Shown here: positions 38,179 through 49,135 of the stretch, one piece after another
Position numbering within the stretch: position 1 is the first letter of the stretch
How the letters are laid out: the number at the start of each line of letters is the position of its first letter
Source: Candidatus Aenigmarchaeota archaeon LH_S7
GTDB taxonomy: Archaea > Aenigmatarchaeota > Aenigmatarchaeia > QMZS01
Assembly (NCBI GenBank): GCA_023659895.1
Contig: JAGXOL010000001.1
Location: 15,757 to 79,756, forward strand
DNA length: 64,000 nt
Direction of reading: 5' to 3'
The notes under the pieces: model-generated
Seen by the model: the letters and a program-made list of their open reading frames with translations, nothing else
Database searches by the model: none
Told to the model about the DNA's origin: nothing
Made by a program: the position numbers and the translations under genes

Positions 38179-39384
38179 TTAATTTCTTTTAGCTATTTTC
38201 CATCTAACTAAAAGGTGAGAGAGAAGGAAAGGTACCATGAAGCTGAATATTATTGAGGACCAAAGAATTGTTGAAAATAATAATCCACTTATAACACCAG
38301 ATTTGTATAGTATTGTTATTATTACAATAGAGGTACTAAATCTCACTGAAAGACCAATTCCTAGACAAATGGATTGTTTAGCTCCAAGGATTTTCCTTCC
38401 AGTTAAATAAGAGGCAAATATTTTTGCTGAGTTTGCAAATAAAACAAGTAAAACAACCATCCAAAGATTGAATTGCTCTGGGTGTGTTGAAACCCCTACC
38501 CAAACAAAGAAGATTGGACCAAAGAGGCCATAGCCAACAGATTTTAATTCAGATTCCATCAATTTTAATCTTTTATGAGGTATGAAATTTTTTATTGCAA
38601 TTCCAGCAAGTATTGCTCCTAAAGCAGCAGCTCCTGTGAGCTTGCCTATTCCAACAAAAAGGAAAAATATGGACATTGCAAGAAGGAAAAGAAGTTCAAC
38701 ATCAGGAAATTTTAGTTTGTCTTTTTTATTTTTTTTCATTGTTCTTAGACCATATACTAGAGAAAACATTAACATCAGTGAGAGAAAAGTGGTCCAGATA
38801 TTAATGTGTTGTTCTCCTGCAGTTATCCCTAAAAACAAGACCACTAATATTATAACAAAGAGTTCTATTATATCATCCAAAACACCTATTCCAATAATAG
38901 CTTGACCAAGTTTTCTTCTGAATAAGTTGAATTCATCTAAAATAGGGACAAGGAAAGCCTCTCCTACAGTGGCAAAGGACAAGGCAATTATTATTGAAAG
39001 AAATAAGGGATGTATGGTTGTGGAGAGAAATAATTGGTTAAGAGGTACAAAAAAAGGGAATATGAAGTAAATGAGGATTGTTCCAGTTACTGTTTCAAAT
39101 AAGACTATAAAAAGTGTTGATTTTGCGATCCAGTTTCCTTTTTTAGATACCTTATTTAGATTAATTTCAAAACCTATGAGAAAAAGCATGAAATACATTC
39201 CCAAATAGCCCAGAAACTCGAAAGTGGAGGACTGAGTTATAGACTGGAAAGGGTTTAAAATCGTTAGTATAATTCCAAAGATAAAAGCTGCGAAAATCCA
39301 GGGAATCCGGATTTTCTCCAGAATTTTTCCTATAGCAAAGGTAAACAAGAAAATGAAGCCTAAAAATATGAATATTGTTATCAT
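38179..39384 (-). CDS. Cation:proton antiporter (CPA2/Kef-like)
   Basis: About 12 TM; LFLIGFE, GVLDD, PIFFVWVG. Confidence 0.88.
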   Translation of the reverse strand: MITIFIFLGFIFLFTFAIGKILEKIRIPWIFAAFIFGIILTILNPFQSITQSSTFEFLGYLGMYFMLFLIGFEINLNKVSKKGNWIAKSTLFIVLFETVTGTILIYFIFPFFVPLNQLFLSTTIHPLFLSIIIALSFATVGEAFLVPILDEFNLFRRKLGQAIIGIGVLDDIIELFVIILVVLFLGITAGEQHINIWTTFLSLMLMFSLVYGLRTMKKNKKDKLKFPDVELLFLLAMSIFFLFVGIGKLTGAAALGAILAGIAIKNFIPHKRLKLMESELKSVGYGLFGPIFFVWVGVSTHPEQFNLWMVVLLVLFANSAKIFASYLTGRKILGAKQSICLGIGLSVRFSTSIVIITILYKSGVISGLLFSTILWSSIIFSFMVPFLLSHLLVRWKIAKRN

Positions 39385-39479
39385 AAATAACCTTTCTCAG
39401 TATATTAAAATTAGGTATTATAACAGTGTTATATTAAAAACAAATTTATTTATTTATACATTATTTATGGTGAAAAAAA

Positions 39480-40628
39480 ATGGGAAAAATTACGGAAAAC
39501 GCAAAATATATTATCAAGCTTACCTTAGAAGCAGATTCTTTAGTGGAAAGACCTGATATTATAGGAGCAATTTTTGGTCAGACTGAAGGCCTTCTCGGCC
39601 AAGATATGGATTTAAAAGAGCTTCAGGAATCTGGAAGATTAGGTAGGATTGATATAATTTTTAAAGACACGAAAGGAGGAAAAATAAAAGCAGACATCAT
39701 AATACCTTCAAATCTATCTGCCTCAGAAACATCTTTATTGGCAGCATCCTTTGAAACAATTGATAAGATTGGATATACGAACGCAAAAATCAAATTGCAA
39801 GATGTTGAGGATGTAAGAGACAAGAAAAGATCTTTCATAGAGCAAAGAAGCAAGGAGATTCTAAACAAGTTTTATAGCAAAGCACCTGACACACGCGAAA
39901 CATTGGAGAAGGTTGAGAAAGACATGAAACAAAAGGAAATAAAAAATTATAATGGACTAACAAGTGGACCAGAAGTAGATTCTTCAAATGAAATAATCCT
40001 TGTTGAAGGAAGAGCAGATGTAATCAATTTAGTTAGATATGGAATAAAAAATGCAATAGAAGTTGGTGGTAGCAATGTTTCCCCACACATAAAAAATTTA
40101 GCAAATAAAAAACAAGTCACAATTTTCTTAGACGGAGACAGAGGGGGAGATTTGATCTATAAAAGATTAAAACAAGAAATAAAAATAGATAATGTAGCGA
40201 GGGCTCCTGATGGAAAAGAAGTGGAAGAATTAACAAAGAAAGAGATTTTGCAGTCATTGAAGCACAAAAAAGCTGAATCAGAAGAGACCAAAAAAACAGA
40301 AGGAGAAGGAACACAAAAACAAGAAACAAGAAGATTACCAGAAGACTTCAAGAAAAAGATAGGTCCTGTTATCAAGGAGATGCTAGGGACAAAAGAAATA
40401 AAATTCCTGGACTCAAATTTGAAGGAAGTTCACAAAGCAACTTATGACGAATTATCCAATCTCCTAAAAACAGCAGACTTAGATAATGTTGTTGCAATTG
40501 TAATGGATGGAAAACTAACTAATGAACTTGCAGAACAGATGGAAAACAAAGGAATCCAAGCAGTGGTTTGCTTTGACAAGGATAGATTTAAAACTAAAAT
40601 GAAGGTTTATGGAATACATGATTTTTAA
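39480..40628 (+). CDS. dnaG: Archaeal DnaG (TOPRIM)
   Basis: GAIFGQTEGLLG, ILVEGRADV, FLDGDRGG, RAPDGKEVEEL. Confidence 0.95.
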   Translation: MGKITENAKYIIKLTLEADSLVERPDIIGAIFGQTEGLLGQDMDLKELQESGRLGRIDIIFKDTKGGKIKADIIIPSNLSASETSLLAASFETIDKIGYTNAKIKLQDVEDVRDKKRSFIEQRSKEILNKFYSKAPDTRETLEKVEKDMKQKEIKNYNGLTSGPEVDSSNEIILVEGRADVINLVRYGIKNAIEVGGSNVSPHIKNLANKKQVTIFLDGDRGGDLIYKRLKQEIKIDNVARAPDGKEVEELTKKEILQSLKHKKAESEETKKTEGEGTQKQETRRLPEDFKKKIGPVIKEMLGTKEIKFLDSNLKEVHKATYDELSNLLKTADLDNVVAIVMDGKLTNELAEQMENKGIQAVVCFDKDRFKTKMKVYGIHDF

Positions 40629-40638
40629 TTTTTTATTA

Positions 40639-41418
40639 TTATTTTGGCAAAATCATAAAACTTTTAGACTTGATAATCTTCACATCATAATTCAAAGTTA
40701 TTTTGAATCTTTTTTCTTCAATTTTGTTTACATGTCCACTTGGAAACTCACAAGATATTGTATCAGATGTATCTATTTCACATTTATTATTCAGGATTTC
40801 ATTATTTAAATTTAAGCTTACACTCGTTAAATTTAAGATTCCTCCTACTTTAGAGTTAACTTCCATATTTGCATAAGCTGCTCCTTCTTCAAAGGAAGGA
40901 ACCTCAAAAGGAGGGTTTTTGTTTAACTCAACATTAATACTCACAAGATTATCAGAAAAAGGATAGGTTTTTGGGTCTTTTGGAATAGGATTCCCTCCTT
41001 GTTCTCTTTTTCTTAAATAATCAGGCTCACCAAATTTTATAGGAACATAGAACTCAAATTCCCTAGATATACTTGTTTCCACGCTCACTGTTGAACTGAT
41101 TTCTTTGTCAACACTAGGAGCACTTAATTTCCATTCCAAAGTCTCTTTCTGTAAACCTGAAAGCTCTGTATCACTAGGTCCTTCTGTAACATCAAACATA
41201 CCAGGACTCATTATATTTGTTTCAATATCATACTCTTCATTTTTATCTAGATTATCCAAAACCAAATAAAGATAAGTTGTATCATCAGATTTTACATCGG
41301 TCAGATCAGACTCTAAAGAAATGGTTAATGGCTCTATATTATTAGAGGAAGGTTCCCAGAGAGTACAACCTGAAATGAATACTAATGCGAACAATAACAA
41401 AAAGATTAAATATCTCAT
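40639..41418 (-). CDS. Putative lipoprotein / surface protein
   Basis: Signal peptide ending FISGC. Confidence 0.7.
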   Translation of the reverse strand: MRYLIFLLLFALVFISGCTLWEPSSNNIEPLTISLESDLTDVKSDDTTYLYLVLDNLDKNEEYDIETNIMSPGMFDVTEGPSDTELSGLQKETLEWKLSAPSVDKEISSTVSVETSISREFEFYVPIKFGEPDYLRKREQGGNPIPKDPKTYPFSDNLVSINVELNKNPPFEVPSFEEGAAYANMEVNSKVGGILNLTSVSLNLNNEILNNKCEIDTSDTISCEFPSGHVNKIEEKRFKITLNYDVKIIKSKSFMILPK

Positions 41419-41446
41419 ATTTTAATTTATTTTAATAATTATAATA

Positions 41447-42490
41447 ATGGACACAGAATTATTGAAGAAGCTATGTGAAACAAATGGTGTATCAGGATTT
41501 GAAGGAAATGTTAGAGAAACTATAAAGAAAGAGATTTCCAAGTGTGTTGATTCCATTGAAGAGGATGTTCTAGGCAATTTGATTGCCCTGAAAAAGGGAA
41601 CCGGAAAGAAAAGAAAGAAGATTGCTCTTTTTGCACACATGGATGAGGTAGGACTTTTTATAAAACATATCGACAAAGAAGGTTTTATTTATCCATCACC
41701 AACATCTAGCATAGATCCTGAAATATTGCTTGGAAGAGATGTTTTTATAAAAACAAGGAAAGGTTTAGTTGAAGGAGCTTTTGGATACAAACCTGTACAC
41801 ATGCAAAGAGATGAGGATAGCAAGAAAAAAACTGAATACAAGAATTTATTCTTAGATATAGGTGTAAAAGACAAGAAAGAGGTTGATAAATTAGGTATAG
41901 AGCTAGGAATGCCAATGTTTTTTAAACAAACTTTTTCTGAGCTAGGAAAAAATTATATTAAGAGCAAAACACTAGATAATAGAGTAGGTTGTTATGTTTT
42001 AATACAGCTTTTAAAAGAATTAAAATTGAAAGATGATTTGTATTTCGTGTTTTCAGTCCAGGAAGAAGTTGGATTAAAAGGGGCAAGAGTAGCAACTTAC
42101 AAAATAAATCCAGATTTTGCTATTATTTGTGATACAGGAGGTTCAGGAGATACTCCTGGAGTGGATGAAAAAGAATCTAATCTTTGTTTAGGAAAAGGAC
42201 CTATTTTAGTTGCAGTTGAAGCTAGTGGAAAAGGTGCTATTATGAAAGAAGAAATAAAGAATGAGATGATAAGAGTTGCGAAAAAACATAAGATCCCTTA
42301 TCAAATAGAGGTTTCTACAGGAAGCGCTACAGAAAATACAATTATACAGTTAGTAAAAGAAGGTATTAATACAGCTGGTTTAGGCATTCCTTGCAGATAT
42401 TGTCATAGCCCTGTGGAAGTAGCAAATAAGAAGGATATTGAGAATTCTACAAAACTTGCCAAGTTGTTTTTAAAAGAATTGAAATTATAA
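41447..42490 (+). CDS. M42 family aminopeptidase (TET-like)
   Basis: GVSGFE, AHMDEVG, LDNRVG, VQEEVGLKGA, RYCHSPVE. Confidence 0.93.
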   Translation: MDTELLKKLCETNGVSGFEGNVRETIKKEISKCVDSIEEDVLGNLIALKKGTGKKRKKIALFAHMDEVGLFIKHIDKEGFIYPSPTSSIDPEILLGRDVFIKTRKGLVEGAFGYKPVHMQRDEDSKKKTEYKNLFLDIGVKDKKEVDKLGIELGMPMFFKQTFSELGKNYIKSKTLDNRVGCYVLIQLLKELKLKDDLYFVFSVQEEVGLKGARVATYKINPDFAIICDTGGSGDTPGVDEKESNLCLGKGPILVAVEASGKGAIMKEEIKNEMIRVAKKHKIPYQIEVSTGSATENTIIQLVKEGINTAGLGIPCRYCHSPVEVANKKDIENSTKLAKLFLKELKL

Positions 42491-42511
42491 TTATATGAAA
42501 TATTAGTATGT

Positions 42512-42913
42512 TTATCTTTTAAGGTTTCTTCCAATCTTTAACCATAATCGCATAAAAAACTGAGGATGGTTATATTCAGAATTAGGATCAATATCTTTAA
42601 GCCAACCTACTTTTTTGAATCCTTGTTTTTTATAGTATCTAATTGCTTTGTTGTTTTTTGAATCTTTTGTACCCAAATGTATCGCAGGAATTTTTTTTCC
42701 TTGCAAAACTTAACCAGTTTTCTATTAGTGCTGTTCTATAACCTTTCCTTTGAAACTCTTTTTTAACTGCTAATTCTTCAATAAAAATTTCTTTATTTTT
42801 GATTTTTTCATCAAAGAATTTGGAATATCTTTTATATCAATACTAGGAAAAGCTTCTTTTTGAGTATTTAAATATTCTTTCTTATCTTTTGGCTTCCCAG
42901 TTCTAATTCTCAT
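42512..42913 (-). pseudogene. GNAT acetyltransferase remnant with multiple frameshifts
   Basis: MRIRTGKPKDKKEYL...IEELAVKKEFQRKGY in one frame; NNKAIRYYKKQGFKKVG in another. Confidence 0.7.
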
Positions 42914-42984
42914 ACTAAATACTCCAATTTTCTATAAATATCGCTCTAAAACCAAAAATAATTTATAAATTTATTATTAATATT

Positions 42985-43737
42985 ATGTTCAAAGCAGTTT
43001 TAGATGATGTGAGCTTATTGAAGGAAAGTTTTAATGCTATTGCGGAAATAGTGGATGAGGGCAATTTTAACATAAAAAAGGATGGAATTTCCCTTGTTTG
43101 CCCTGACAGAGCAGTTATAGCAATGGTGGACTTCATGATTCTTCCTACAGCTTTTGAAAGTTATAATTGCGATAAAGAGGTAGAAATTGGCTTAAATATC
43201 CCTAGAATGTTGCAATTCATAAGGAGAGCTAAGCCAGATGACAAGCTAATCATGGCTTTGGATGAGGAAGAAGACCGCTTTGAGTTGACTTTAGAGGGTT
43301 CAACAACAAGGAAATTTGCTATGCCTATAATTTCCACACCTCAACAGGAAACACAAGACATGAGCAAGTTCAATTTTGAGAACTCTATGGAGTTAGACCC
43401 TGGAATTTTGAAAGAGGGAGTGGAAAATGCTGCTATGATATCAGATTCAATTACCATGAAATTAACTGAAGACACTTTGATCTTGAAATCAGAAGGAGAT
43501 TCAAGTTATACCCAATCAAAAGCAAACGCGGACAACCCAAAAATTTACTCTCTTAACGCCAAGGGAGAAGCACTTTCAAGATATTCTATAGAATATTTGA
43601 GCAAAATGTTAAAGGCGAGCAAGTTGGCTGACAAACTAAAAGTTGAGTTTAACAAGGATTATCCTTTACACTTGGAATTCATGATTAAAGACAAGGTAAA
43701 GCTAGGATTCATTTTGGCACCAAGGATTGAGGAATAA
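42985..43737 (+). CDS. pcn: PCNA sliding clamp
   Basis: DRAVIAMVD, YSIEYL, DYPL, FILAPRIE. Confidence 0.96.
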   Translation: MFKAVLDDVSLLKESFNAIAEIVDEGNFNIKKDGISLVCPDRAVIAMVDFMILPTAFESYNCDKEVEIGLNIPRMLQFIRRAKPDDKLIMALDEEEDRFELTLEGSTTRKFAMPIISTPQQETQDMSKFNFENSMELDPGILKEGVENAAMISDSITMKLTEDTLILKSEGDSSYTQSKANADNPKIYSLNAKGEALSRYSIEYLSKMLKASKLADKLKVEFNKDYPLHLEFMIKDKVKLGFILAPRIEE

Positions 43738-43991
43738 CTCAATCTGCCTTAAAGTCCCTATCAGGGTTTTTTGATACTCCTTTATAATATCATCATACTT
43801 TCCTTCCTTGTATCTTTTTTCTGCTAAATATCCTCCGGTGTAGAGTATTAATTTGTTTTTAAATTTTAAATAACCTTCTAAAATTATCTCTACTTTTATT
43901 GATCCCAAAATTTCATAAACTTAATTCTGGTTGTCCTAGCCCTTATTAACATAAGCTAACAAAGACTTTAAAGAAAAATTTTCATATTATT

Positions 43992-44786
43992 ATGAACGAA
44001 AAAATTAGAGAATTTTTTAGACCAACTAAAAGAAAATTGTTGTTTACTTTTCTATTAGCAGTAGCAATGATAGTTGAATTTTTTTTATTGACCTTTATAA
44101 ATTCTTCTATTTGTCCGAATATAGAATTGGGGGATACTACAATAACCTCGTACTCTTTAATTCTAGCTATTTTACACTACACATTTTATATACCAGAAAT
44201 TTTAATAACTTATCCTTCAATTGTTACTGCAGTGGGTTATATTCTTTCTATATCTTTAGTGGTGATTTATAGTTATCTTCTTATTTGTTTATTTTCTAAT
44301 GTTTATAAATATTTCAGAGGTAAAGTCTCAAAAATATTTATATTGGCAATTCTCCTAATGTTATTCTTGCCTATTCCTATAACCGAACATCATCGTCCTT
44401 GTCGTATAGAACCTATGAGAATGGATAAAATGCTACAAAATTTCAATATTCCACAAGCTTATGAATGTGAAAGTAACAAAATATGCTTTGAGTTAAGAGC
44501 TTATACAAGGAATAGCATGGATATGCCAGTAAATGATAGTGCTATATCTGTGTTCATAGATAACAAACCTAAAGCTTTAGGTTATTGGGATGGAGGAACA
44601 GTAGGAATAGCTTGTAAAAGTGGTGTACAATTGTCACCAAAAGAAAGTTGTTTTGGATATGTAAATGTAAGTTCTTGTAAACCAGGAGAAAATCACAGTT
44701 TAAAAGTTGCACATAAGTGGAGAGGAGGAGGACCAGGAATTACAGTAGAATGTGGATTACCCAAACAAAAAAACCATGAAAATTAA
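43992..44786 (+). CDS. Membrane protein with extracellular Cys-containing domain
   Basis: IREFFRPTKRK start, several TM helices, pilin-like C-terminal domain. Confidence 0.65.
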   Translation: MNEKIREFFRPTKRKLLFTFLLAVAMIVEFFLLTFINSSICPNIELGDTTITSYSLILAILHYTFYIPEILITYPSIVTAVGYILSISLVVIYSYLLICLFSNVYKYFRGKVSKIFILAILLMLFLPIPITEHHRPCRIEPMRMDKMLQNFNIPQAYECESNKICFELRAYTRNSMDMPVNDSAISVFIDNKPKALGYWDGGTVGIACKSGVQLSPKESCFGYVNVSSCKPGENHSLKVAHKWRGGGPGITVECGLPKQKNHEN

Positions 44787-45219
44787 TAGCTCTGCTTTTA
44801 AAAACTATCAACTTATCCCTAAAAAACATACCTGTGATGGAAAAAACATTAATCCCCCTTTCCAGATTGGTGGTGTTCCCGAAAAGGCAAAAAGCTTGGT
44901 ATTTATTGTTGATGATCCTGATGCCCCCACCGGCACTTTTGATCATTGGATAGTGTGGAACATTGACCCTTCAATCTCCTCAATCCAAGAAAACAGCTTG
45001 CCAGAAGGAGGTGTGGAGGGTTTGAATGATTTTGGGAAAAGTTCCTATGGTGGCCCTTGTCCACCACCTTCCGAAACCCATCATTATCATTTCAAGGTTT
45101 ATGCTTTGGATACTGAATTAAATTTGGCTTCTTCTTCAAACAGAGAAACTGTTGCACAAGCAATGGAAGGCCATATTTTAGATTGGGCAGAATTAGTTAG
45201 ACTTTATCGCCGAGAGTGA
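44776..45219 (+). CDS. YbhB/YbcL (PEBP) family protein
   Basis: TCDG, DDPDAP, HWIVWNI, YGGPCPP, HYHFKVYALD. Confidence 0.93.
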   Translation: MKINSSAFKNYQLIPKKHTCDGKNINPPFQIGGVPEKAKSLVFIVDDPDAPTGTFDHWIVWNIDPSISSIQENSLPEGGVEGLNDFGKSSYGGPCPPPSETHHYHFKVYALDTELNLASSSNRETVAQAMEGHILDWAELVRLYRRE

Positions 45220-45243
45220 AAAATTATTTAATGGATAAACATT

Positions 45244-46044
45244 ATGCCAGAACTTCCTGATGTAGAATTTTTTAAAGAATACTTTAAGGATAACAGTCTT
45301 CATAAGAAGATTATTAATATTGAATGTGAAGATAAGACTTTGATTAAAAACGTAGATTTTCGAGATTTCAAAAAAAGTTTAATAAGAAAAAGTTTTAGGG
45401 ATGCTTGGCGAATAGGAAAATTTTTGATTGCTGAGATAAAAGGAATATCCGAAAACTTGATAATTCATTTTGGAATGACTGGGAGCTTGCATTATGTAAA
45501 ACAAGGAGAAGAAAGAAAAAGGAGGGATAGGTTTACCCGACTTTGTTTCAGATTTGCTAATGGTTATGAGCTAAGGTGGATAAACATAAGAAGATTAGGC
45601 AAGATTTACTTAACAAAACCCCAAAATATAAAATTGATTGAAGAGATGGGACCGGAGCCATTACAACTCTCCCAACAGGAATTTTTGAGACTATTGACAA
45701 ATCATGAACTAAAAAATATCAAAGCATTTTTGATGGATCAAAGGAATATCGCTGGCATTGGAAATGTGTATTCAGACGAGATATTATTCCAAGCTAGAAT
45801 CAATCCTCATCGAAAAATTGAGGATTTGACCCAAAGACAGAAAAAAATCTTGTTTCAGAAGATATACCAGGTTTTAACTGAAGCCACAAAAATATTAACT
45901 TTTTACCGAGCATTTCCTAAATCTTGGTTAGAGCCCCATCGCCATACCAATGATTTGATTTGCCCCCGAAACAAAAACCACAAATTGAAGAGAGAAACCA
46001 TTGCTGGGAGGTCGGCCATTTTTTGTCCCCTCTGTCAAACTTAA
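45244..46044 (+). CDS. mutM: Fpg/Nei family DNA glycosylase
   Basis: MPELPDVE, HFGMTG, LMDQRNIAGIGNVYSDEILF, C-terminal FCPLCQ. Confidence 0.9.
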   Translation: MPELPDVEFFKEYFKDNSLHKKIINIECEDKTLIKNVDFRDFKKSLIRKSFRDAWRIGKFLIAEIKGISENLIIHFGMTGSLHYVKQGEERKRRDRFTRLCFRFANGYELRWINIRRLGKIYLTKPQNIKLIEEMGPEPLQLSQQEFLRLLTNHELKNIKAFLMDQRNIAGIGNVYSDEILFQARINPHRKIEDLTQRQKKILFQKIYQVLTEATKILTFYRAFPKSWLEPHRHTNDLICPRNKNHKLKRETIAGRSAIFCPLCQT

Positions 46045-46067
46045 TTTTTCAGAAATTCTTTGGAAAT

Positions 46068-46703
46068 ATGAACAAAAGAAAAACAAGGAATACTTTGGAG
46101 AGGATATATAGAGAGCTTAAAAGAAAATATGGAAAACCTAGGGGACAATGGGTGATGTGGTGTAAAAGACCAAAAACTGAGCGAGAAAGAGAGGAAGTAA
46201 TAATTGGAGCTGTTTTAACCCAGAGAACAAACTGGGTTAATGTAAAATCAGCCTTAAATAACTTGAAGAATGCGAAGGTTTGTTCTCTTAAAGGTATTTA
46301 TAAATTAAATATTGAAGAGTTATCGGTTTTGATTAAACCTTCAGGTTTCTACCAAGCCAAGGCCAATTATCTTTTCTATTTGATTGATTTCATTCTCAAT
46401 AATTATAGTGGACTGAAAAAGCTTAAAGGAATAAATCTTAAAAAACTCAGAGAACAATTGTTAAGTTTAAAAGGTATTGGACCAGAAACAGCTGATAGTA
46501 TTCTACTTTATGCTTTGGATAAATCTGTTTTTGTTATTGATGAATATACCCGCCGCTTGGTTAAAAAAAGAAATTTGAGTGAAAATTTATCTTACACATT
46601 TTTGCAAAAATTGTTTGAGGAAAATTTAAAAAAAGATTTCCGATTATATCAAGATTTTCATGCTTTGATTGTAATGGATGGCAAAAACAAAACATCCAAA
46701 TAG
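46068..46703 (+). CDS. Endonuclease III-related HhH-GPD protein
   Basis: GAVLTQRTNW, IKPSGFY, LKGIGPETADSILLYA, VIDEYTRR, FHALIV. Confidence 0.9.
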   Translation: MNKRKTRNTLERIYRELKRKYGKPRGQWVMWCKRPKTEREREEVIIGAVLTQRTNWVNVKSALNNLKNAKVCSLKGIYKLNIEELSVLIKPSGFYQAKANYLFYLIDFILNNYSGLKKLKGINLKKLREQLLSLKGIGPETADSILLYALDKSVFVIDEYTRRLVKKRNLSENLSYTFLQKLFEENLKKDFRLYQDFHALIVMDGKNKTSK

Positions 46704-46781
46704 ATTAGAAAGAATAATAAACATATTTACTTGGAAAATTCTTTGACCAAAATAAACTATTACAATTATTATAGATAGTCA

Positions 46782-48899
46782 TCAAAATTCCCCCAACTTT
46801 TTCTGCTTTTTATTTTCTAAAATGTTTTTTGAAGTTGCCCATTTTAACCTCACAATTTCATTGTAACTTTCTTTATCTAAATTCCTCAAAAATTCTGTGG
46901 TTCTTTCATCACTAGGATAACCTGAATTATGCAATAAAATACCAGAAAAGCCACCAACAAAATTCTCTATATTTTTTCCGTTTGGCTTTACTTCTAAATC
47001 ATAAACAAATTCTTTTCTTCTTAAATTTTTTATTGATTTCAGAGTATACCAACAAATATCAGAATTTAATAATTTATTTATTTTTTTGGTATCTTTACCA
47101 TCAAATATTTTTATTATCTTTCTTATAGTGGATTTTCTTATAGAACCAGATTTTTGATTCTCGATTCTACTTGTTATTCCATGATCTATACAAGTTAACT
47201 CAGCCAATTTTCTTTGGGAGATTTTATATTTTAATCTCAACTTTTTTATTGTTTTTCCTATTATCGAAGGAATATTATCTGGAGAAAGAGAATTCGTATT
47301 TTGAGAAAGCTCTCTTATTACATGCCTACCTCTACTTTGCTTAAAAGAAGAAGTAGGTTTATTTAAAAATAAATATAACCAAGATAAATCATAAAATATA
47401 TATTTGCTCCTGGTTTCTACTTCCCAATTGTTTTCATCCATATATCCATCACCATCCAGGTATCCTCTAATGAAATTTTTAATTTGTTCTTTAGAGCAGG
47501 AAAAAATAAAGTTTGGTATTCTTTTTTTGTATGCTGAATTTCCTACCCATTTATTAAAAAGTTTACATAGTATCCCTGAATTAATTTCAATACCATCTTT
47601 ATCAAATCTATAAGATGTGTTCAAATTCTTGCATGTATATTCAATTTCATTTAATACTTTATGGTCAGTGTTAGAAATACATACATTATAACCCTTTGTA
47701 TATCCCTCAGCAAGATACAACCCTAAGAGCCAAGTAAATTCTTTGTTTAGTCCTAAGATCGCTTTTATACTTGACTTTCTACCCCTACTATAAAGTATTG
47801 CATCATTTATAAATCTTTCCTTAAGGTAATCTCTCTTGAGACTAGTCACTATGTGAAGAGGTATATACGATTTCCTCTCCCATTCGTAGGATCTTACTCT
47901 ACTGTAACCTTGGGAAATACTTAGTTGCTGAATTTTTTTAAATCCCTCTCCCCTAAAAATTTTAGAGATGATCTTTCCGCTTAAATAAACAGGAGATTTC
48001 TTAGATGATGGAACAATTTTGGCAAGGTTTAAATTTTTAATACCTTTCCTTATATCTATATATTTGGCTGCTGCAATATAATCTCCAACCTTAAGATCCG
48101 AAACTTTAATGGGCATCAAATTTAAATTAGAGTTTAATTTAAAAATAGGATGGTTAAGAGTTAATCTAACTTTTTTCCCATAATTTAATTTAATTTCATA
48201 AATTGGTTGCGATGTATGTTTAATAAAGTTTGTAATTTTATATTTTTTTATTTTAAGTGAGTTTGGATCAATACTGTATGTATATAAATTCCCTTTTTCT
48301 TTATTTTCCACTACTTTTCCAATCTGCTCTAATTTTCTATCCCCTTTTCTATTTTCAATTAATATTCTCTCTTGGTATGGTAAAGATCCAAAAAATCCAT
48401 GTTTATTATGTAGCTTCTCAATCTCCCTGTCTCTTGTGACCTTTGCCAGAATGGAAGCTCCTCCAACAACAACGTACTTGTTATCTGCCTCATTCTCAGC
48501 AACAATATTTCCATCCTTGTTTTTCAATTTTTCCAAGACTTTATTCTTGAATTTCTCAGTATTGGCTTCAATAGAATCAAGATAAATTTTAGGTTTTCTC
48601 ATCCAAAAGGAATTGATTATTTGAGCGATCTTAGTAATCTCAATTTCGTTAAGATTTCTTCTTTCCATTTCTCTATTGAGTTGCTTTGATGAAATTTTTA
48701 ATACAATGTAATCATCAGCAATTTTTTTTATCTTATCTATCATTTCCTTTCTTTTCTCTGGTAAGACTTTCTTTGAGTCTTTAACACCAAGTTCTTTCAA
48801 TTTTTTTTCTTTTGATTTTTTAATCAATAAACCTGCAATAACTAGAGGACCTACAACTGCACCGCGACCAGCTTCATCAATTCCCAAAATGTAAGACAT
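46782..48899 (-). CDS. rnhB: Ribonuclease HII containing an intein
   Basis: GIDEAGRG, VKDSKK, GASILAKVTRD, G|SGYPSD interrupted by a 487-aa insertion. Confidence 0.93.
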   Translation of the reverse strand: MSYILGIDEAGRGAVVGPLVIAGLLIKKSKEKKLKELGVKDSKKVLPEKRKEMIDKIKKIADDYIVLKISSKQLNREMERRNLNEIEITKIAQIINSFWMRKPKIYLDSIEANTEKFKNKVLEKLKNKDGNIVAENEADNKYVVVGGASILAKVTRDREIEKLHNKHGFFGSLPYQERILIENRKGDRKLEQIGKVVENKEKGNLYTYSIDPNSLKIKKYKITNFIKHTSQPIYEIKLNYGKKVRLTLNHPIFKLNSNLNLMPIKVSDLKVGDYIAAAKYIDIRKGIKNLNLAKIVPSSKKSPVYLSGKIISKIFRGEGFKKIQQLSISQGYSRVRSYEWERKSYIPLHIVTSLKRDYLKERFINDAILYSRGRKSSIKAILGLNKEFTWLLGLYLAEGYTKGYNVCISNTDHKVLNEIEYTCKNLNTSYRFDKDGIEINSGILCKLFNKWVGNSAYKKRIPNFIFSCSKEQIKNFIRGYLDGDGYMDENNWEVETRSKYIFYDLSWLYLFLNKPTSSFKQSRGRHVIRELSQNTNSLSPDNIPSIIGKTIKKLRLKYKISQRKLAELTCIDHGITSRIENQKSGSIRKSTIRKIIKIFDGKDTKKINKLLNSDICWYTLKSIKNLRRKEFVYDLEVKPNGKNIENFVGGFSGILLHNSGYPSDERTTEFLRNLDKESYNEIVRLKWATSKNILENKKQKKLGEF
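46926..48386 (-). mobile_element. Intein with LAGLIDADG homing endonuclease and XRE-like HTH
   Basis: Starts SLPYQERI, block B LTLNHPIF, LLGLYLAEG, FIRGYLDGDG, VYDLEV, ends LLHN followed by Ser. Confidence 0.92.
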
Positions 48900-49135
48900 A
48901 AAATAATAAAGAAATTAAGCAAAAAGATTTTACAATACTTAAAGTATTTTTGAATATTATTTTAAGACCTTTAAGATACCTACTAGATTGTGGTCTTGCA
49001 AAAATTATAAATCTAGTGGTTATATTTATAGGTTGATTATATCTACAAATTTAAATTATTACTCCATAATTCAATAAAGGTCTATACATATTATTAATAT
49101 TTTAATCGGTTTTTTTATGGCGGGAGCTGGTCCAT

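Noticed and set aside
43702-43951. Possible TrmB-like regulator fragment
   Set aside because: Only a vague VYEILGS-like resemblance across a frameshift; not supportable
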